DNA of 64,000 nt from Octopus vulgaris (GCA_951406725.2 OX597836.1:31124001-31188000); one strand, 5' to 3'; positions 1 through 11,513 are shown, numbered from the stretch's first letter. The notes: generated by a model from the letters alone, not told the origin. Translations and numbers: made by a program.

Positions 1-56
1 GTGCTTAATCCCTTCTCCCATATTTTAGGCCTTGTGCTTAGGATTATTACTACAAT

Positions 57-1015
57 TACCAGCGGAATCATTAGGATGCTAGACAAAATGCTTAGCAGCA
101 TTTCTTCTGGCTTTCTGTACTGAGTTCAAATTCCGCCCAGGTTGACTTTGCCTTTCATCCTTTCGAGGTCAATAAAATAAGTACCAGTTGAGTACAAGGA
201 TCGAATATAATTGACTTATGCTTTCACTTGAACTTGCTGGTTCTTGTGCCAAAATTTTGAATCATTATTGCTACGACTGCTAAAAGGCTGTGAGCTGACA
301 GAACCATTACCATGCCAGGCAAAATGCTTAGTGGCATTTGAGTTCAAATTCCTCTGAGGTCAGCTTTGCCTTTCATCCTTTCAGGGTCGATTAAATAAGT
401 ACCAGTTATGCACTGGGGTCGATGTAATTGACTTAATCCCTTCCCCTAAATTCGAGGCCTTGTGCTTAATCCCTTCCCCCAAATTCGAGGCCTTGTGCTT
501 AATCCCTTCCCCCAAATTTGAGGCCTTGTGCTTAATCCCTTCCCCCAAATTCGAGGTCTTGTGCTTAATCCTTTCCCCCAAAATCGAGGCCTTGTGCTTT
601 TTGTCTGTCTTTATATTCTGAGTTCAAATTTTGCCCAGGTTGACTTTGCCTGTCATCCTTTCAGGGTCAGTAAAATAAGTACCTGTTAAACACTGGGGTC
701 AATGTAATCAAATTAACCCCCTACTACCATAAAAAAAAAAACAAATGCTGGCCATATGCCGAAATGTGAAACCATTATTACTGAATTTGCCAAAGGGCTT
801 TGTGCTGGCAGAATCGTTAGCTTGCTGGACAAAGTGCTTAGTGGTATTTCTTCTATCTTAACATTCTGAGTTCAAATTCTGCTGAGTCAACTTTGCTTTT
901 CTACCTTTCGGGGTCAATGAAATAAGTACCAGTCTAATACTGGGGTCGACGTAATTAACTAGATCCCTTCCCCCAGAATTTCAGTCCTTGTGCTCATAGT
1001 AGAAAGGATTATTTC
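57..1015 (+). mobile_element. Cluster of about 4 tRNA-derived SINE copies (family A, GCCTTTCATCCTTTCGGGGTCGATAAA core)
   Basis: Repeated A-box-like GCTGGCAGAA, B-box GAGTTCAAATTC and a shared central domain. Confidence 0.85.
432..598. repeat. 33-bp tandem repeat x5 (CTTAATCCCTTCCCCCAAATTCGAGGCCTTGTG) derived from the SINE tail
   Basis: Read directly from the sequence. Explains ORF 381..581. Confidence 0.9.
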
Positions 1016-1054
1016 TACAGTTGGTGTAAGGCAATGAGCTCGCAGAATGATCAT

Positions 1055-1263
1055 AACGATGATGATGATGATGATGATGGTGGTAGGATGATGATGATGA
1101 TAACAATGATGGTAGGATGGTGATGATGATGATGATGGTGACGGTGATGATGATGATGACAATGTTGACAACAATGACAGTGATGATATAAGTACTCTTA
1201 ATACTACTACTAATATTACAATTACTGTTGCTACTGCTACTACCACTACTACTACTGCTGCTG

Positions 1264-1302
<39 letters not shown>

Positions 1303-1368
1303 GTATTACTACTTCTGCTGCTGCTACTACTACTACTACTACTACTAGTAGTAGTAGTAATTGTAGTA
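1055..1368. repeat. (GAT)n and (CTA/CTG)n microsatellites
   Basis: Read directly from the sequence. Confidence 0.95.
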
Positions 1369-1416
1369 GACTTTTCCACCTATCTAATGTTTTTATTTCT
1401 CTCTTTCTCTCAACAG

Positions 1417-1554
1417 GGATTGAACCGTCTTGCTGCTGTTGCTTTGTTATTCCTGTCAGAAGAGGAGGCCTTTTGGTGCCTCATTGCCATTGTGGAATAT
1501 CTTCTACCACAAGACTATTACAGCTCTACAATGATTGCTGCACAAACCGATCAG
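1417..1554 (+). CDS. TBC1D2B: TBC1D2B-like Rab-GAP, internal exon (GLNRLAAVALLFLSEEEAFWCLIAIVEYLLPQDYYSSTMIAAQTDQ)
   Basis: caacag acceptor, CAG|gtaaaa donor, 138 nt, phase 0-0. Continues the TBC YxQGxN motif and contains EEEAFW. Confidence 0.92.
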
Positions 1555-2025
1555 GTAAAAACACATCAACATTCTGCACCCACCTCTATAGCAGTGACCA
1601 CCATGGACCACTTTCATGCAAGATGATTCCTTTCCATAGACTAAGGCACAAAAAGAAAACGACTCTCCCCAGACACAACAGAATTTAGCTATCATTCAGC
1701 TAGTGTTAGGAACATAAATTGTGACTAAGGTTTGGTGGTAAATTTTTATTCAAAACTTGTGAAAATAAGACATTTGTACCCAGAGCCAGAGCCGGTTTCA
1801 GCCGGGTTGATAATGAAAGGGTTAATAATGACAAAGGTTTTGCTTGAAACATCATTTAGTGTTGATCTTTTTAAACAAGATATTGTGTACAGAATGTTTC
1901 CGAATAAATTTTGGTTTTAGTTTTTAGCTTTCATTTTGGCTGACCTTTGTTTTAATGTTCTGGGTAGATTTGATACACGGAATTCTGAAATTTTGTTTAC
2001 GATCGACTTATTTTTCCATTTCCAG

Positions 2026-2202
2026 CGTGTATTAAAAGACCTTGTACAAGACAAACTTCCCCGACTACACGGCTACCTAGAGAAAGAAAACATTGATTTG
2101 TCTTTATTCACTTTCAATTGGTTCCTTACCATATTTGTTGACAATGTACCTCCAGAGACTTTCCTACGAGTCTGGGATGCCTTCTTGTATGAAGGAAGCA
2201 AG
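2026..2202 (+). CDS. TBC1D2B: TBC1D2B-like exon (RVLKDLVQDKLPRLHGYL...FNWFLTIF...LRVWDAFLYEGSK)
   Basis: ttccag acceptor, AAG|gtcagt donor, 177 nt. Carries TBC C-terminal motifs WFLTxF and LRxWD. Confidence 0.94.
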
Positions 2203-2343
2203 GTCAGTCTGGTTTCTCTTTCCTTTTTGCATCAGAAATGAATTCCGAAATATAAAAATCTCTAAATATAGTAAATTACCAATTTATGGTTAATTAAGAT
2301 TGTTTTTAAGAATAATTGTGATTTTGCTATAATTTCTTTCCAG

Positions 2344-2478
2344 GTGTTATTCAGATTTGCTTTAGCGTTTTTCAAAGTATCAGAAGAAGAAATTATCAAC
2401 CAGCCGTCTAACATGGCTGTTAACAAATATTTGCAAGTTCTTGGGGAAAAAATGGTGAATATTAATCAAATTACACAA
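2344..2478 (+). CDS. TBC1D2B: TBC1D2B-like exon (VLFRFALAFFK...NINQITQ)
   Basis: ttccag acceptor, CAA|gtaagt donor, 135 nt, in frame with neighbouring exons. Confidence 0.92.
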
Positions 2479-2584
2479 GTAAGTATTGACACCATAATTA
2501 AATCTTCTATTTCTCTGAGTCTTTCTCTTAGATTTGGATTAACTGGCATCCCTAGTTTTATTTTCAGGATATACACATTCTGTG

Positions 2585-3480
2585 GTTACAATAGATACCA
2601 ATCTGAAGACTGTTGGTTTCCTTGGTGTAACCTTGGATCTGGAATCCAACGCCCCTAAGCCCTTTAGAAAGTCAAATGAAACACTGATATACATTAACAC
2701 AGCTTCCTGTCATCCAGCCATAATGTTCAGAAACCTAGTGAAGGGGTCAGCAGAGGAAAATTTGATCTGTCTTTGAGTAAAGAGATTTTTGGTGCTATTG
2801 CCCTCTACTACAACAAGGCTCTAGCTGCCAGCAGTTTTCAGGATAGGAGTAGCTACATGCCAGACCCTAGACCCTAGCCCCATCAGGAGAAAACACATTG
2901 GAAAGTCGTGTAGTACTCCCTGAGTGTAAAACTTTGTGTGGTTAAGATCTGCCTTTGCTTTGTGGACAAAAACTTTGCCCATATGAATAGGTTCTGTAAA
3001 GTTTTTAGACATATCTCAAGAGTTTCTTTGAGCTGTTCACCTATTGTAAAGAAAATATTAGTTGGTAGGCCCACACCTGAGACAGAGACAGGATGCTCAT
3101 GCAAAGGCATCATATATCTCCTTAATTACTACTGCCAACACTGAGGCAGTCAAATATAAGGCAGAGGTGGTGTCAAATGACCCCATTGGGCAGTCTAATG
3201 TGTGGAAGTATGTGGGTGTGACAGAAGTACCTTTCAGGATCAGACTTTACAACCATAAGTCCTCCTTTGATATCTGGGAGAGATTCAGTGTCACAGCCCT
3301 GGCTAAATATGTATGGTCATTGAAGGAAAGCACCACACATTACATCAAATGAAAAATTTTGAAGAAGTGCGAGGCTTATTTTAGTAATAGCAGAAAATGC
3401 AGGTTATGCTTAGCTGAGAAAAGAATTGAATTAAAAAGTTTTCTGCTTAAACTGCAGAAACAAGATTTTTAGCCCATTTT
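2585..3480 (+). mobile_element. Degenerate Penelope-like element (RT C-terminus plus GIY-YIG endonuclease), Naiad-like
   Basis: FLGVTLDL..KPFRKSNETLIYINTASCHP; CSCK..C; KYKAEV..KYVGVTEVPFRIRLYNHKSSF..TALAKYVWSLK; KCRLCLAEK. Interrupted by stops and frameshifts. Confidence 0.85.
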
Positions 3481-4082
3481 CAAATGAAAGAAGGTATATA
3501 TAATCAACATAATTATAATAACTAGAATCTCATCCATCAGTCTACCATCACATCCTCAGAACCCAGCAAAATCTTTAACTAAACCATACACACATGAAGG
3601 CACACATAGATGTATGTGCACCCCAAACATGGGCTTAATGGTTCAGGTACCCCACCGATTTCCAATTCTAACATCTCCCCCATACATATATCAATCCTAC
3701 ATATATACCAACACCTTAGACACTCCTCTACACACATATATAGATAACTTGTGATTTTGAGGGGGCTAAGGGACAAAATGCTTGATAAATCCCTCTTGTA
3801 ATTGTCACCTGCAACTTCCTTTCTTCATTTCTCACAGTGCTCACCAACCAGATGTCCTGATGTGACAATTTTTCACCCCTAATAACAGAACAGTTACCAT
3901 ATATTTATCCCTGAAGAGTACAAGTATTAGCTATTCTGTTATCTGATATCTGGTTATCTAATATTCAATGTAAAACTAATTGATATGATCAGCTGTAATG
4001 GATCTATAATACTGATACTTTGATATATATGTGTATGTGTGTGTATGTGTATGTGCGCATGCACATGTGTACATGTCTTCTG

Positions 4083-4131
<49 letters not shown>

Positions 4132-4148
4132 TATATCTTCTGTTTCAG

Positions 4149-4226
4149 ATAGCATTCCATTGGTTGAATCCATTTCCGATGAGGACAGTTGCTTACAAGA
4201 GACAAATTCACATCCAAACAGTCAAG
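4149..4226 (+). CDS. TBC1D2B: TBC1D2B-like exon (IAFHWLNPFPMRTVAYKRQIHIQTVK)
   Basis: tttcag acceptor, AAG|gtcaga donor, 78 nt. LNPFP motif as recalled for the TBC1D2/2B C-terminus. Confidence 0.9.
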
Positions 4227-4569
4227 GTCAGATTATTTTCATTTTCTTCTAATTTATTATACAAATTTATAATAGCCACTTGGAATACTCACATGCACAC
4301 ATATGTGCTCACACACACACACGTCATTATACTCACTTCTGACACTTCCGTAGTATATGAGCAACAGTGCTTGACCTTTCTTAGATTTCATACATAAAGT
4401 AAATGCAATAACATGAATTCCCTGTATTTCAGAAAACTTGTTTTTAAAACATGCTAACAGACTTTGGTACTTCTAGAAATGTTGATTCTCTCAGAATTGC
4501 TGCATCCAAAGAGTCGAGAACACAATTCAAGTTGAGTTTCATAAAAATAAACAAATAATTACAGTTTCC

Positions 4570-4810
4570 TTGGCGTATGGGTTCCCCACCTGGACGGGAC
4601 GCTGGTCCGTCACAGGTGAGCTGCAAGATGCAGGAGGAAAGAGTGAGAGAAAGTTGTGGCGAAAGAGTCAGCAGAAGTTCGCCATTACCTCCTGCCGGAA
4701 CCATATGGAGCTTAGGTGTTTCGCTCATAAACACACACATCACCCGGTCTGAGATTTGAACCCGTGATCCCTTGACCACGAGTCCGCTGCTCTAACCACT
4801 AGGCCATGTG
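4570..4810 (-). mobile_element. tRNA-headed SINE (family D); other copies at 19590-20152, 25330-25565, 30130-30393, 39650-39940, 55220-55495 (-) and 60422-60755 (+)
   Basis: TGGCCTAGTGGTTAGAGC A-box and GGTTCAAATC B-box on the minus strand. Confidence 0.8.
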
Positions 4811-5004
4811 GTTGCAAAAGCAAACTATTTACCACACAGCTATTCCTGCACCCGTATGTCTTGTGCACTTTTCTATTTATCAAAAGTTAACCATTGAAGG
4901 ATTTAAAAAGAGTAAAGTGTTTGCATGTAATCCCATTTCAAACTGGGAAAATCTTTTATGGAGATTTTTCTGACGTTGCAACAGGCCTATGAGGAAGTTT
5001 GCTT

Positions 5005-5433
5005 CCCCAAAGTCCATCATGCATCCCTAAAGTCCATCTTGCATCCCCAAAGTCCATCCTCTCCTCACCATGGTGGGGACGCTGGCAACGGGTAGTGTCA
5101 GAGCTATGCCGTCGGGAACTTCGGTTCCTGGTAGGGCCACCCAAGGCGGATTGGTCTGACACCGAGTGGTATTGGGTCCACAACCCGGCAGACGGGGCTC
5201 TGGTGAAAATCCTTGGAGTGCCTGTTTCGGCAACCGGCGGCTCCTCGGTCGTTCTGTCCTTGCGTCTGCGGACAAACAGGATGTCTCTACATGCAGGATT
5301 GTTGGGGACCGCTTGTGAAATTCATATTCCCACGAAACTTCTTCCACTGCCATGGTTCGAGATGCCTCGAGGGTGGTGGAAGAAGCCGACTCAACCCACC
5401 CAGGGTGAATGTCACAAGTACAAGTACAAGTAA
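5005..5433 (+). mobile_element. GC-rich non-autonomous retroelement, probably RTE-derived, with 11-bp TSD
   Basis: GAAGTTTGCTT at 4994-5004 and 5434-5444, (CAAGTA)n tail, and RTE 5'UTR-like AGAGCTATGCCG...CCTGGTAGGGCCACCCAAG. Confidence 0.65.
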
Positions 5434-5677
5434 GAAGTTTGCTTGAGATGTAAGCAATATTGTGTGAGTGGTAGCAGTGTTTCAAATCAAGAATATTCAG
5501 TAAAGATGATCCAAAATCTAGAAAACCTTCCATAATAATGAATGACAATCATATTGTGAATGTTCTTCTTGTGATCCATGAAAATCATTGTCCAAATTAT
5601 TTGCAAAGTTTCTAAGGAAATAGACATCTGGAAACGTTTGTGTCACATGATTTTAAAAGCAAAATTGAAAATGCTTT

Positions 5678-5975
5678 TTCTGTTGTGTCTGGGGAGAATC
5701 ATTCTCTTTTAGTGCCTTATTATGTAACACACTCAGCGGTAAAATTTCCACTTATTTTTTATTGTTATTTTCTAAAATTTTCGTTGCGTCTTGCAACCTT
5801 TTCAATTGAAAAGGTTGCAAGACGCAACAAAAATAAAAATAAGAAATAAGTGGAAATTTTACCGGTGAGTGTGTTACATAATAAGGCACTAAAAGAGAAT
5901 GATTCTCCCCAGACACAACAGAATATGCTTCAACACACAAACTCATATAAAGAATCTTGGAAACCAAATCCAAAA
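5678..5975. repeat. Palindromic fold-back element; related sequence at ~1640, ~23680-23805 and 27541-27796
   Basis: Arms 5678-5734 and 5867-5923, with a perfect central palindrome TTGCGTCTTGCAACCTTTTCAATTGAAAAGGTTGCAAGACGCAA. Confidence 0.85.
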
Positions 5976-5989
5976 ATGAAAATGCATTG

Positions 5990-6720
5990 TGTTGCTGCAA
6001 AATATGTACTACATCTGTTGAGATGAACAAAAGACAACCCTATCATGGTCAATTGGATGCTGTTGGTCACTGAAATGCCAATAAAAGCTTTCTGTAAACC
6101 ATCAATACAGGTGATAAAATGTGGTTGGTTGGATACTGTTGAAATAAATAGGTAATTGCTGCAGTAGGTTGGGTCTCCATTACCATGACCAAGAAAAAAC
6201 ATTTCAAAATCACTCAACTGTGAAGGTGATATTGATCACCTTTTTTAATCACATGGATGTTGTTCATCATTTGTTCGTCCCACATGGTCGGACAATCAAT
6301 AAAGTTTTGTTCTCAAGTGTGAAGGAAGAGGCCTGGGGCATGGATAATCAAAACATAGATACTGTACCATGACAGTGACACACCTGTTCATCTATTTTAT
6401 CTTATCCATGAATTTCTGGTAAAGCACAAGATAATCAAACAATATTTTTGTCCCCAGTATTTCTTACCCACTAGATATAGCTCCTGCAGACTTTTCCTTT
6501 CCTTCTGCCCCCTTCCACCTCCTTTTTTTTTTTAAATCACCCCCACGAAGTTGCTTATATGAAATGATAGATAAGTTAGAAGAAATTTCACTACAAGAAC
6601 TGCACACCACTCCTGATAGCGCCCTCTAGGATACATTTCAAAACAGGAGTAAAACACTGGAAACAGTGAAATCACTAGAAGAATGAACTAGTTTGAATAA
6701 GACAAATTTAGATTAAATTT
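5990..6720 (+). mobile_element. Degenerate mariner transposase relic
   Basis: KVILITFFNHMDVVHHLFVPHGRTINK and YPLDIAPADF (YSPDLAP-like). Confidence 0.75.
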
Positions 6721-6731
6721 TTAGTAAAGTA

Positions 6732-7135
6732 AGGAGTGGCTGTGTGGTAAGTAGCTTGTTTACCAACCACATAGTTCTGGGTTCAGTCCCACTGCGTGGC
6801 ACCTTGGGCAAGTGTCTTCTACTATAGCCTCGGGCCGACCAAAGCCTTGTGAGTGGATTTGGTAGACGGAAACTGAAAGAAGCCCGTCATATATATGTAT
6901 ATATATATATGCGTGTGTGTGTTTGTGTATCTGTGTTTGTCCCCCTAGCATTGCTTGACAACCGATGCTGGTGTGTTTATGTCCCCGTTACTTAGCGGTT
7001 CGGCAAAAGAGACCGATAGAATAAGTACTGGGCTTACAAAAGAATAAGTCCCAGGGTCGAGTTGCTTGATTAAAGGCGGTGCTCCAGCATGGCCACAGTC
7101 AAAATGACTGAAACAAGTAAAAGAGTAAAAGAGAG
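6732..7135 (+). mobile_element. tRNA-derived SINE family B (CORE-like GGCACCTTGGGCAAGTGTCTTC); further copies at 15380-15772(-), 18215-18520(-), 20523-21100, 33640-34060(-), 42422-42850, 51745-52175(-), 54681-55060, 56237-56570
   Basis: TGGCTGTGTGGTAAG and GGTTCAGTCCC boxes, internal (TA/TG)n, 3' AAACAAGTAAAAGAG tail. Confidence 0.88.
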
Positions 7136-7238
7136 AGAATAAGAGTTGAAATTAATGTTATTAAATAATATTATTAAATAACATCAATTTCAACAAGTGG
7201 TCAGCATTCTTAAAAATGTCCGAGGACCGTGAATTCTA

Positions 7239-7563
7239 TTTAAATATAAACAATATGAGAGATTAGTGTGTGGACCCCTTGTATGCTAAAAATAGATGTC
7301 AAACCGTCTTAACACTAAATCTGTGTTCTCAACTTAGTAAGACGCTAGATGTTTACGAGCAAGACAAATGAAAAGAAATAAATGTTTCCAGATGGCTATT
7401 TCTTTGGAAGCTTTGCTATGTTTACTTCTTTTCATTTGTCTAGCTTGTAAACATCTAACGTGTTACTAAGCTGAGAACACAGACTTAGTGGTAAGATGGT
7501 TTGGTGTCTATTTTTAGCATACAAGAGATCCACATAGTGGTCTCTCATATTGTTTGTATTTAA
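7239..7563. repeat. Long imperfect inverted repeat (~145-bp arms, ~40-bp spacer)
   Basis: Arms aligned by eye without gaps. Confidence 0.9.
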
Positions 7564-7669
7564 AGTAATAAATGTTATTTTTTAAAAGTTTGGTTTGTTT
7601 TTTGAGACAGACCTCATGCATACATTCACTTTTATATATTAAGATAATGTAGTATGCAATAAGCACCAT

Positions 7670-8025
7670 TTATGCATGGGTCATTGCCAGTGCAGGCTGA
7701 CTGGCTCCCCATACCAGTGGCATGTGAAAAGCACCATCCGAACGTGGTCAATGCCAGCCTCACTGCCCTGACTGGCTCCTGTGTCAGTAGCACGTAAAAA
7801 GTGTCATCTGAATGTGGCTGATGCCAGTGCTGTCTGACTGGTCCCATTCCGGTGGCACATAAAAAGCACCCACTACACTCTCAGAGTGGTTGATGTAAGG
7901 AAGGGCATCCAGCTGTAGAAACCATGCCAAATCCAATTGGAACCTGGTGCAGCCTCCTGGCTTGCCAATGCCCAGTCAAACCATCCAACCCATGCCAGCA
8001 TGGAAAACAGATATTAAATGATGAT
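7670..8025 (+). mobile_element. 5'-truncated 3' end of an RTE-type LINE (GGAAGGGCATCCAG family, (GAT)n tail); also 9780-10035, 25790-25975, 35380-35560, 53935-54290, 55510-56050(-)
   Basis: The same sequence is contiguous with the RTE ORF relics at 52205-53490 and 61457-62727. Confidence 0.75.
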
Positions 8026-8319
8026 GAATGTGAAGGTGCATGGTTCAGTGGTTAGAGCGCCAGGCTCACAATCATGAGGTTGTGAGTTTGATTCCCAGAC
8101 CAGGTTGTGTGTTGTGTTCAGCCTTTGCTTTTCTCAGTGGTGTGTAGAGGGGAGGCTGGTATGCATGGGTGACTGTTGGTCTTCCATAAACAACCTTGCC
8201 TCAAGGCGGCGAGCTGGCAGAAACATTAGCACACCGGGCAAAATGCTTATGGTATTTCATCTGCTGTTATGGTCTGAGTTCAAATTCCAACTACTTCTAG
8301 TTTTTCTCCCTGGAATGTG

Positions 8320-8520
8320 ACAGAAGCTGTTCTCTGCACATTTTCAGTGTTTATTGCTGCTAAGCATCTGCCACATACAAAACCTATCTTCCCAGTTAGC
8401 CTTCCTTTGATATTGCTGCACCTCTTATGTGTCCATAGCTTTTTCTACACCTTTTCTACAGATCAAGCAGGGCCATCTACCTGAAGGGATTTGTGTTTTG
8501 TCTTCCTTCCTACTTTATTA
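8320..8520 (-). mobile_element. RTE LINE fragment
   Basis: Homologous to 62400-62640. Confidence 0.75.
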
Positions 8521-9072
8521 GGACTTTGGTTGACTCTAAGGCCCTTTGATTATATATATATAATGGTGTATGATACAAGGTATAACTAATGGTCATTGCA
8601 TACTTTTCCTTTATCAGAGCAAATCTGGCTTACAGCTGTTTCCAGTAGTCATTATAGGTACATTACTCAATTGGTCTAATGATCAGTTGTGAACAATTGA
8701 ATGACCTAATGAAATTAATGCTACTTTTGTCAGAGCCATTTCTGGTTATAACAAAGCAGAACATTGAAGGAAATGGTATGTGCAAGGTGTATGTGTGTTG
8801 TAAGTTAGTAGTGTTTTGTGTGTTTTTTTTTGCTCAGGTCTCCTCCTCAACATAACTTACCTCCATGGTGTCCACTCATAAACAGTACTAATTTATCCCT
8901 TGTAATTTTTGTAATTGTTGTTGTTGTATCACATAAAAACAAAGTGTTTGTAGCAGCTAACTAAAAAAATAATAATTTTTATGCAGATTTAATGTGACAT
9001 CAATAACATTTCAATCACCGTTTAATTATATCAGCAGTTAATATTTACTTAGTATATGGTGCCAGTGGATAT

Positions 9073-9118
9073 TTGCCACTGATGAAGCTTAAAAAAGGCA
9101 GAAATCCAGATCTAGTAA
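9073..9118 (+). ncRNA. Hammerhead-like motif, repeat family H2
   Basis: UUGCCA-CUGAUGA-AGCUU..AGGCA-GAAA-UCCAGA-UC-UAGUAA. Confidence 0.55.
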
Positions 9119-10718
9119 TGCCACCACTACTACTGGGCAATCTTTAGCTGCTGCTGATACATTTCTGTTTTTAATACTATATGTCTATGGAGATGCTTTC
9201 TCAGGATAAGTGCCTGTCACTTAGCGGTTCCGCAAAAGGGACCGATAGAATAAGTACTGGGCTTACAAAGAATAAGTCCCGGGGTCGAGTTGCTCGATTA
9301 AAGGCAGTGCTCCAGCATGGCCACAGTCAAATGACTGAAACAAGTAAAGAGAGTAAAGAGAAAGAACTAGAAACATGCAATATTTAATAATGTCAATGTT
9401 ATATCCTTTTGTGTTGTGAGTATACCAAATATCTTCATAAGAATCGGTAAACACTATTGTTTCTATGTAATTGTCATTGTTTTGTATTTTGTCCTAATAA
9501 TTAATAGCATGTAATGAATAATAAACTGTCGTTATGTTTAACATATACTATTAAAATTGCTCGTTTCCCATTACTCCCTACCATTACTGTCTCTCTTCCA
9601 TTACTCAACCTCCTACTATCATCTCATCCCTGTAACTCATTCTCTCACTTCTTTCACCCACTCACCTTCATTCATTTTCTGTCATTGCCCTCACTCCTGT
9701 TCAGTGTCTTGAATGAATGTAGACAATGTAGAGTATTGAAAGCTCTTTAGTCCTGCAGGGTACAAGGCAACCTCATAAATGCTGGTGCTATGATGCAAAT
9801 GCACTGAAGTATGCTCTGTAAAGTGGTTGGTGTTAGGAAGAACTTCCAGCCATAGAAACTATGCTAAAATTGCACAATCAAGATGTGATCCTTCAAGGGA
9901 CAGTAAACTTGGACAAGAACTGACTCAGAAAGATAGTTTCCTCTGAATAACAGCTGGCTCAAAACATGATGGACTTGACCTTTGTCAGCATGGAAAAAAA
10001 TGGATATAAAATGAGGGTGGTGATGATGATGATGATGGCGTTGGCAGCAGCAGCAATGAAAAATAAAATAGGATGATGACAGAGAGATGTTACATCAGAG
10101 TGTTAAATTTGTATGCAGTCTCCTCACAAAATTTGGTCTCTCAAATGCAAAAACTTTCACACACACACACACCTTTTATTTTCACATGTAGCCTATAAAA
10201 AGTGGTATACCTCTACGTCGCTAAAGGCTGTGTGGCTCTTGGTTAAAAATAACTGTTTTAAATAAATCACTATCAAGACTCTTCTATGGCACAGTGTGTG
10301 TGTTGATATGTGACATCTGAGTGTAATCTGTTCAACCTGTGATTTACCCCTGGACAGTCTTACTTCAGTCTTGTTGGTCAAGCAGCGTCTGCTGTGCTTG
10401 TAGAGGCCTACACAGGAGTGACAGTACTGGTTACAGTAACAGCAATTGAATATATTATTTGCCAATGTTATCTAGGATTTTTAGTAGCAACAGAAGCAGT
10501 ATTAGTTCTAATTAGTGATCTGTATATATACTTAATTTGTATATACAGTTAAAAGCTTTCTAAACTATAGTACTCACCAATTTGAACTAATACTGGTTCC
10601 ATCACCAATAATGAATTTTATTTGGCCTGCCAATTAAATGTGACATCAGTAACCTTTCAAGCATCGTTTAATTATATCAGCAGTTAATATTCACTTAGCA
10701 TATAGTGCCAGTGGATAT

Positions 10719-10764
10719 TTGCCACTGATGAAGCTTAAAAAAAGCAGAAATCCAGATCTAGTAA
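10719..10764 (+). ncRNA. Hammerhead-like motif, repeat family H2
   Basis: UUGCCA-CUGAUGA-A-GCUU(A5)AAGC-A-GAAA-UCCAGA-UC-UAGUAA. Confidence 0.6.
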
Positions 10765-11513
10765 TGCCACCACTACTACTGGGCAATCTTTAGCTGCTGC
10801 TGATACATTTCTATGTTTTTAATACCATATTTCTATATCAATAGTTCTCTTGGGTATTTTGTTTTTGTTCAATGCACTTTACTTTCAGCTGCATGCCTCA
10901 GATTCTCACTTCTTTTCAAACCTCTACCTAGTTCCAATCTCCAATTATGGCAGATGCTTGCAACGCCCTCCTATCTTTCAATGTTTATATTAAGTAACTT
11001 CATGTCTTTTTTGCAGACATTTTTGAAAGAAAGATGGGTGGTTTGCTCTTGTGCTCCCTTGTCAAAGGCCAGCACCCCACGCAAGCGATTCTTTCAGGAT
11101 GCTCCCATCTTCATGCGATGTATGTGGTCCTGCCTGCAGAGACAATGTCATTCTTTCCGTTCCAGCACACTCTCCAGTCACTTGCCAAACAAGTACAACT
11201 CTGTAATAATTTATACTGATCATAGAAAACTATGCACTCTTACTTTCTTTCATACGTTTCTCATTGACATTTTTTTAAAGTAGTCCACATCATCATCACC
11301 AACACCACCACCACCACCACCATCATCATTATTATAACCAATGTGGGAATCTGTGTGTAGTCACTCATTGACCTGCTAGAGATTGACCAGGTGAATCTCT
11401 CTCAAATCCCAGCCCTGCCATCTTTAAACAGGGCACATTGGATAGTGCATCCAAGATACACAAAGCCGGAAACATACTAATGCCTGTGATCACTAATTTG
11501 AGCAAACAATAAG

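Larger units (their letters stand above)
8985..10830 (+). repeat. Direct repeat of ~195 bp (8985-9185 and 10632-10835), each carrying a hammerhead-like motif
   Basis: Near-identical blocks 1646 bp apart. Confidence 0.9.

Noticed and set aside
959-1379. Poly-Ser/His/Leu ORFs (also 23190-23453, 35454-36018, 58002-58442, 28593-29132)
   Set aside because: They are translations of microsatellites.
4999-5548. Overlapping 144 and 173 aa ORFs as host genes
   Set aside because: They coincide with a GC-rich TSD-flanked insertion and show no protein motif.
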